Assembly (NCBI GenBank): GCA_047602425.1
Contig: JASGHG010000001.1
Location: forward strand, 1,728,001 to 1,792,000
Direction: 5' to 3'
Length of the DNA: 64,000 nucleotides
Source of the DNA: Nibricoccus sp.
Lineage (GTDB): Bacteria > Verrucomicrobiota > Verrucomicrobiia > Opitutales > Opitutaceae
Part shown: positions 58,743 through 64,000 of the stretch, piece after piece
Position numbering within the stretch: the first letter of the stretch is position 1
Layout: each line of letters begins with the position of its first letter
Translations under genes and position numbers: made by a program
The notes under the pieces: model-generated
What the model was told of the DNA's origin: nothing
The model's database searches: none
Seen by the model: only the letters and a program-made list of their open reading frames with translations

Positions 58743-60818
58743 TCAATTGGACTTCGCTTCACCAATAGTTTTCGCGCCATCGGGAACGACGCTGGGAGTG
58801 AGATTTTTTCGAAGGAATTCCTCAATTTGCTCCATGACTTTGACCTTTTCCTTGAGGTGCCCAATGCCGTGACCTTCGTTGGCGAGCAAAAGTTTTTCAT
58901 GAGGCACGCGGTGTTTTTCCAACAAGGAAATCAGATTCTTCGACTGAGTGACGTCGACATTCCAATCGTCCTTTCCGTGATACACAAAAACAGGAACCTT
59001 GATGTTACCGACAAAATTGATAGGGGAAATGGCTTCGTAGAGGTAGCGATTTTTTCTCGGATCGCCAAGATGGCGTTTGAGATAAACGTATCTTGGGCTG
59101 TCAAACTGGTTATACTTCGCGTCCTTCAACATTTTCTCCCAGTCGAAGACGCCGCATATCGTCACGGCACAGCGATAGAGATCCGGCTCGTGGGCAACAC
59201 CGGAAACGGCGAGGTAACCGCCAAAACTCCCGCCCATGATCGCAACGCGGGAAGGATCCACCAATCCAGTCTTGAGCGCTGTTCTGGTGGCATCCGTGAC
59301 ATCGTTGCTCATCTTCAAAAAGTCATAGTCGTCCTCCCTTGGAAATTTCCAACTATAACCAGTGGACCCGCGGAAATTTGGCTGAAGGACGGCGTAGCCT
59401 CGACTGGCAAGGAACTGAACCTCCGGATCGAAGCCCCAATCGTCGCGAAGATAGGGTCCTCCATGGGGCAAAACCACGAGAGGCGCCGGATTTTCCTTTG
59501 ATGCACCTTCGGGAAGCGTGAGATAAGTGTCCAGAACGATGCCATCGCGCGTTTTGAATTTTATAATTTTCATTGGACGCATGCGCTTCGGATCTATCCA
59601 CGGTCGGGATTTTTTGAATAGGCCGACCTCCTTCGTTTTCAAATTGACCGTATAGTAAATCACCGGCTGGCGGTCGGAAAAAGTGGAGACGAGAAAACGC
59701 TCCCGCTTGGGATCGCTTTGCTGGATGCGGACGATCAGGCCGGGGAAAAAAGAATTAAGCACCGTTTGAAGGAGCCTATATTCTTCGTTGAACCAAACCG
59801 CCACAGGAGTTTCGCAACTGTAGACCGCGCCAATAATGTTGTGAGATACCGGATCTCGTTGGAGCCAGCCGTCGAAATCATAGTTTTTATCCTTGAGCAG
59901 CTCCTCGATTTCCTTGCCCGTGGTAGCATCCACGAGCCTGAGAGACCGGGGTTCGCTTCTGTTTCTAGGACCCGAAACGACGACTATCTGCCTCGGATTG
60001 TCACCGGAACCTACGATCACTGTGTCGTCATCGAAATTAATAGGACTAGTCCGCCATTCCCTGTTATCGAGCCAGTGCATTTTTGTGAACCCGTCTTTAT
60101 CGGTAAAAGCGTAGGCCAGTTTCCCCATATTGTCGCACATGTAACCTACGCTGAGTCCCTCCTGCGGTTTCCCATAGCGGTGCTTGATGTGCAAACCGTT
60201 GTTTTCGATCACCGCATCAAGAGCCTCCCGGGAGGCACTCGCTCCATAGAGATTGATCAAGCCATCTTTGCTGACGGGTAAAGTCGAAGCAACCACGCAA
60301 CCACTGTCATCCGAGCGGTTACGATCGATTTCATTGCGCAACCAGAAAAGGGGATGCATTCGGTCTTCATGCGGAACTGAAACAAGATGAGCCCCACAGT
60401 ATTGGAGAATAGGATACGCATAATCGAGGTGCTCCACCGCCGCAGTCATCCAGCCGAGGCCGTATATCTTCTTGTCCGATACATTGAAGATAAGATGGGA
60501 ATCATCCAGCCAGGTCGCAAAAACGATGTCCTTGTCCCCAATCGTCGGAAGAATATCGATCTTCTGAGTGTCGAGATCGGTAACGAGAAGCTGCGTTTTA
60601 TCCTCGTCGATGGTGATCAAGGCCAATACGCGGTTGCCTGCATCGTTGAGTTGGGGTTGGGCGAGAAGAAGCGGCCGGAAAAAATCCTGTGTCGGTATGG
60701 GCACTCCGTCAGGGACAGGATCGATTCTTTTTAGATCGATGGGGGAAGCCGCATGCAGGCTTGAAGTGAAAAAGAACGCGGCAACAGACAGCAATCGTTG
60801 GAGCTGTGGGAGTAGCAT
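58743..60818 (-). CDS. S9 family (prolyl oligopeptidase-like) serine peptidase
   Basis: Signal peptide; VLPHGGP, QPNFRGSTGY, GGSFGG, HGKDDWNV, NEGHG. Confidence 0.9.
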   Translation of the reverse strand: MLLPQLQRLLSVAAFFFTSSLHAASPIDLKRIDPVPDGVPIPTQDFFRPLLLAQPQLNDAGNRVLALITIDEDKTQLLVTDLDTQKIDILPTIGDKDIVFATWLDDSHLIFNVSDKKIYGLGWMTAAVEHLDYAYPILQYCGAHLVSVPHEDRMHPLFWLRNEIDRNRSDDSGCVVASTLPVSKDGLINLYGASASREALDAVIENNGLHIKHRYGKPQEGLSVGYMCDNMGKLAYAFTDKDGFTKMHWLDNREWRTSPINFDDDTVIVGSGDNPRQIVVVSGPRNRSEPRSLRLVDATTGKEIEELLKDKNYDFDGWLQRDPVSHNIIGAVYSCETPVAVWFNEEYRLLQTVLNSFFPGLIVRIQQSDPKRERFLVSTFSDRQPVIYYTVNLKTKEVGLFKKSRPWIDPKRMRPMKIIKFKTRDGIVLDTYLTLPEGASKENPAPLVVLPHGGPYLRDDWGFDPEVQFLASRGYAVLQPNFRGSTGYSWKFPREDDYDFLKMSNDVTDATRTALKTGLVDPSRVAIMGGSFGGYLAVSGVAHEPDLYRCAVTICGVFDWEKMLKDAKYNQFDSPRYVYLKRHLGDPRKNRYLYEAISPINFVGNIKVPVFVYHGKDDWNVDVTQSKNLISLLEKHRVPHEKLLLANEGHGIGHLKEKVKVMEQIEEFLRKNLTPSVVPDGAKTIGEAKSN

Positions 60819-61049
60819 GGAGGAGTTGTCGGGGGAGTATTCCAGCCGGCTTGTGAGAAACTAGATCGCCAGACGCTCTTGTATTGGGCCAACCTCACTC
60901 TAAAGCAAGAGCCTACTGTCGGTTCGGCTTTCAGGTTTATGTTTGACGGTTAGGAATAGTCGCGCGTGAAAGAAATAACAGCGTGTCCAGCGGGCCGAAA
61001 AAAAAGCGCCGGTCAGCGACAATCCGTCGCTCGCTCGTATATTGTCGGC

Positions 61050-61874
61050 ATGTCTGGTTCCCCTTTTTCCAAGAAAGCGCAGGGCTACCTCATCGCCGCT
61101 CTGGCTGTCCCCTGTCTGGTTATCGCCGGCGCGGCCTATCTCGCATACAATTCGATTCATCAAATGGACGATGCAATTCGCTTGGTCGATCATACGTTTG
61201 AGGTGCGCACCCGAATCGATCGCCTCCGCCAATTGTTGGTCGATGCGGAAACCGGAGAACGCGGCTTCGTCCTCACGTTTAATCCCGTCTTCCTGGATTC
61301 GTACCGCAAAGCCGTTTCTATAATTCCGACGGAAATCGACAACATCGCGGCGCTGACACGCGACAATCCTGCCCAACAAGAGCTCGCCGAAGAGATCAAA
61401 AAAACCGCCCGCCGGAAACTCGATTGGATGGCGGAGTCCATTGCCAACGAGGAAAAAGGCGCGCATGCCGAAGTCACGCGCATGATCGCCACAGGCCAGG
61501 GCCAGGCAATCATGGATCAATTGCGCGAGCTCCTTGGGACCATGGAAGAGCGGGAATCGCGGCTCCTCGCGGAACGCCAGCAGCAAATCAGACATAGCGC
61601 AAATTTGCGTACCTACCTCATCTTTTTCCTGCTGGCCGCAAATGTCGTTTTCGCAGCTGCCGCCTATTATGCGATCCTTCGCATTAGGAAGCTGCAAGGG
61701 TTCGTGAAAATGTGCGCCTGGTCTCGCACGATCGAATTTGAAGGCAAATGGATGACCTTCGAATCGTATCTGTACAAAAGGTTTGGCCTGCAAACGAGCC
61801 ATGGGATGTCGCCGCAGGAATTCGAACGATTTGAAGAAGGACTTTCCAATAGCCGGCATCCTCATTCTTCTTGA
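61050..61874 (+). CDS. CHASE3 sensor protein without kinase domain
   Basis: TM, VDHT..V...DAETGERGF.LT...FL..Y, LTRDNP.QQ, second TM, short tail MCAWS...SHGMSP. Confidence 0.85.
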   Translation: MSGSPFSKKAQGYLIAALAVPCLVIAGAAYLAYNSIHQMDDAIRLVDHTFEVRTRIDRLRQLLVDAETGERGFVLTFNPVFLDSYRKAVSIIPTEIDNIAALTRDNPAQQELAEEIKKTARRKLDWMAESIANEEKGAHAEVTRMIATGQGQAIMDQLRELLGTMEERESRLLAERQQQIRHSANLRTYLIFFLLAANVVFAAAAYYAILRIRKLQGFVKMCAWSRTIEFEGKWMTFESYLYKRFGLQTSHGMSPQEFERFEEGLSNSRHPHSS

Positions 61875-61977
61875 TCGTCTCGCAGCCCCAAGCCGGTCCC
61901 AACGATCATCGCCGGTGCAGCTTTTGGCACTTGGTTTCCCGCTTGCCTGAGCCCTCTGCTTTTCAAACACAATAGGC

Positions 61978-64000
61978 ATGGACGAACGGCATGAATTTCT
62001 CCAGGCATCGCGAGCGCTTGCATCGATTGTTCGCGGGCTGAAACTGGCCGTTCGGCGGCTCTCGCGCGCGCCCGGTTTCAGTCTCGCCGTGATCTTTTCA
62101 CTCGTGATTTGCATTGGACCGAATGCCGCGACGTTCTCCGCATTGTATGCGCTCGTCCTGAAGCCGCTTCCGTTGCCAGAGCCTGCACAGCTCGTCACGG
62201 TGCAAAACATTGCCGATCGCAGCGGCGGACAAGTCGTGCTTTCCAGCACAACCCAATTTCTCGATTTCAACGCTCACGCGGATCTCTTCTCCGGTTTCGC
62301 CACGATTCGCGCAGAGAGCGGAACGATCGATGGGGCAAACGCCCCGATGCGGGTCAAAATCGACAAAGTGTCCGCCAACTTCTTTGACGTGCTCCGCGTT
62401 CAGCCGCTCGCCGGACGTTTTTTCCATGCCGACGAAGAGACGTCCGGGCGCGATCGCGTGCTGGTGTTGAGTCAACGATACTGGAAAACCCACTACGGCG
62501 CCGATCCCTCAGTCATCGGGTCACAAATATCGCTCGGGGGACAGCCTCATTTGGTTGTCGGCATCGCGCCGGAAATACTCGAGTGCCTGTCGCAAGACAC
62601 CGCCTTCTTCCAACCCTATGCACCGCCTGCCTCCAAGTTCGATCCGCAAACCCGCTATCGCGGCGACATTGCGTTGTACGGCCGGTTGAAACCCGGTGTG
62701 TCGATAAAGGAAGGTTTGGCTCAGCTCACCACCCTCGAAAATAACTTTCGGGCGGAACGCGCCGGGCCTCCCTTGCGGGCCTTGGTCGCGGCCGCGGGTT
62801 ATCGTTTGGCATTGGAGCCCCTCCGGCCCGGCGGTGCCGTCGGGCCGCACGAACCGCTTTGGCTGCTGCAAGGCGGTGCGCTGTTCGTGTTGCTGATCGG
62901 CTGTGTGAACGTCGTGAATCTCTACCTCGCGCGGATGAACTCAAGGCGCGCGGAGCTCGCCATTCGCGTGGCGCTCGGTGCCGGTCGGCCGGCTCTCCTC
63001 ATGGAAACTCTCGCCGAGACTGTGCTGCTGACAGGTATCGCTGTGATTTTGGGCATTGGCGGTGCCTTTGCTGCGCTCCAGGTCTTTAATCATTACCTAC
63101 CGGTATTGGTTGCGGGTGCACCCTTGGTGAAATTGGATGCCGCGGTCCTGTTCACCACCATCGCGGTGGCAGGCTCAATCGCAGTGGCCGTTGGATTCCT
63201 GCCGCTGCAGGTCGTTTACCGCTCCGGCCTGCGTCTCGGTGAATCCCGGACTTTCTCCTCGGGCGGACGCGCCCGCCATCTGAGCAGCGCACTGGTGATG
63301 AGCCAGGTTGCATTTGCCGTCGTGCTCCTTGTCGGTGCGACATTGTTGTTGCGCAGCTTCACCAAAGTAATGGCGAACGATCCCGGTTACGACGCCGCCC
63401 ACACGGTCCTCGCCAATGTCGCGTTGCCTAATTCCTACAACAATGCCGCTTCGCGCGTCGACGCTCAGCGGCGTATCCTCGATGCCTTCAAGGCGGTTCC
63501 TGGTGTCGAAAATGCAGCGGCCACATTGCGCACCATCCTTGGCAACGAACGTCCGGTGCCGTTTGGCCGACGCGGCGAACAGGCGTCTCCTGAATCGCAA
63601 CCGTTGATTCACATCATTGCCGTCTCACCGGAATTTTTCGAAACGCTGGGAATGCCGGTCCTGTCGGGCCGTAGTTTCAATGACGCTGACGATTTCTCAA
63701 AAACTCCCGTCGCCATTGTCGATCGCTCTTTCAAAGAACGGTATTTCCCAACCACCCCCGTGGAGGGCGAGGAGATTTATCTCAATTGGGGATTGCCGCT
63801 CGCGGTCGATGGATGGCCGCGCATTGTCGGTGTGGTCAGTCGCGCAAATTTCACCGGTTTGGACAGTCGCGATAACCTACCCATCGTCTATGTGCCAACC
63901 GTGGGCTATCCGTCGCGCGGGTTCGACGTCGTGGTCCGGTCACGGCGTGCCACTGCTGATTTGCTTCGCGATTTGCGCACGACGCTTGGCCATATCGACC
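61978..64000 (+). CDS. ADOP-type (MacB/FtsX-like) ABC permease, runs off window (not in ORF track)
   Basis: Translated by hand: LKLAVRRLSRAPGFSLAVIFSLVICIGPNAATFS...LKPLP; later LLIGCVNVVNL...ELAIRVALGAGR, LVMSQVAFAVVLL. Confidence 0.88.
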   Translation, partial: MDERHEFLQASRALASIVRGLKLAVRRLSRAPGFSLAVIFSLVICIGPNAATFSALYALVLKPLPLPEPAQLVTVQNIADRSGGQVVLSSTTQFLDFNAHADLFSGFATIRAESGTIDGANAPMRVKIDKVSANFFDVLRVQPLAGRFFHADEETSGRDRVLVLSQRYWKTHYGADPSVIGSQISLGGQPHLVVGIAPEILECLSQDTAFFQPYAPPASKFDPQTRYRGDIALYGRLKPGVSIKEGLAQLTTLENNFRAERAGPPLRALVAAAGYRLALEPLRPGGAVGPHEPLWLLQGGALFVLLIGCVNVVNLYLARMNSRRAELAIRVALGAGRPALLMETLAETVLLTGIAVILGIGGAFAALQVFNHYLPVLVAGAPLVKLDAAVLFTTIAVAGSIAVAVGFLPLQVVYRSGLRLGESRTFSSGGRARHLSSALVMSQVAFAVVLLVGATLLLRSFTKVMANDPGYDAAHTVLANVALPNSYNNAASRVDAQRRILDAFKAVPGVENAAATLRTILGNERPVPFGRRGEQASPESQPLIHIIAVSPEFFETLGMPVLSGRSFNDADDFSKTPVAIVDRSFKERYFPTTPVEGEEIYLNWGLPLAVDGWPRIVGVVSRANFTGLDSRDNLPIVYVPTVGYPSRGFDVVVRSRRATADLLRDLRTTLGHID

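Noticed and set aside
60900..62270. 456-aa minus-strand ORF
   Set aside because: Antisense to the CHASE3 and permease genes.

Overview
GC-rich (about 60% by eye) bacterial chromosomal window, most likely Verrucomicrobiota/Opitutaceae. That assignment is inferred from gene content (autotransporter-repeat/Ig/NHL surface protein, ADOP-type permease, exosortase-EpsI, membrane-extended ECF sigma), not from a search. Housekeeping genes: recD2, malic enzyme, hisN-type phosphatase, queF, rny, rodA, Rne/Rng. Plant-polysaccharide enzymes: GH2-PA14, a giant PL11, PL4, GH11 and an esterase. An exosortase-linked polysaccharide locus (two GT4, Wzx-like, Wzy/ligase-like, MBOAT plus SGNH-like) carries a RAYT transposase with GGAG-type REP doublets. 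The accessory island at 40.8-45.4 kb holds a broken HSQG hydrolase, an unexplained 21-nt periodic array upstream of an all-helical protein interrupted by one TAG, and a tandem DUF6795-like gene overlapping a class-3 lipase. Also notable: a PDZ/subclass-B3 metallo-beta-lactamase fusion, a 20-nt repeat cluster after rng, an ECF41 promoter match, and five disrupted genes. No rRNA, tRNA or CRISPR array was found. All family calls come from motif recognition by eye.
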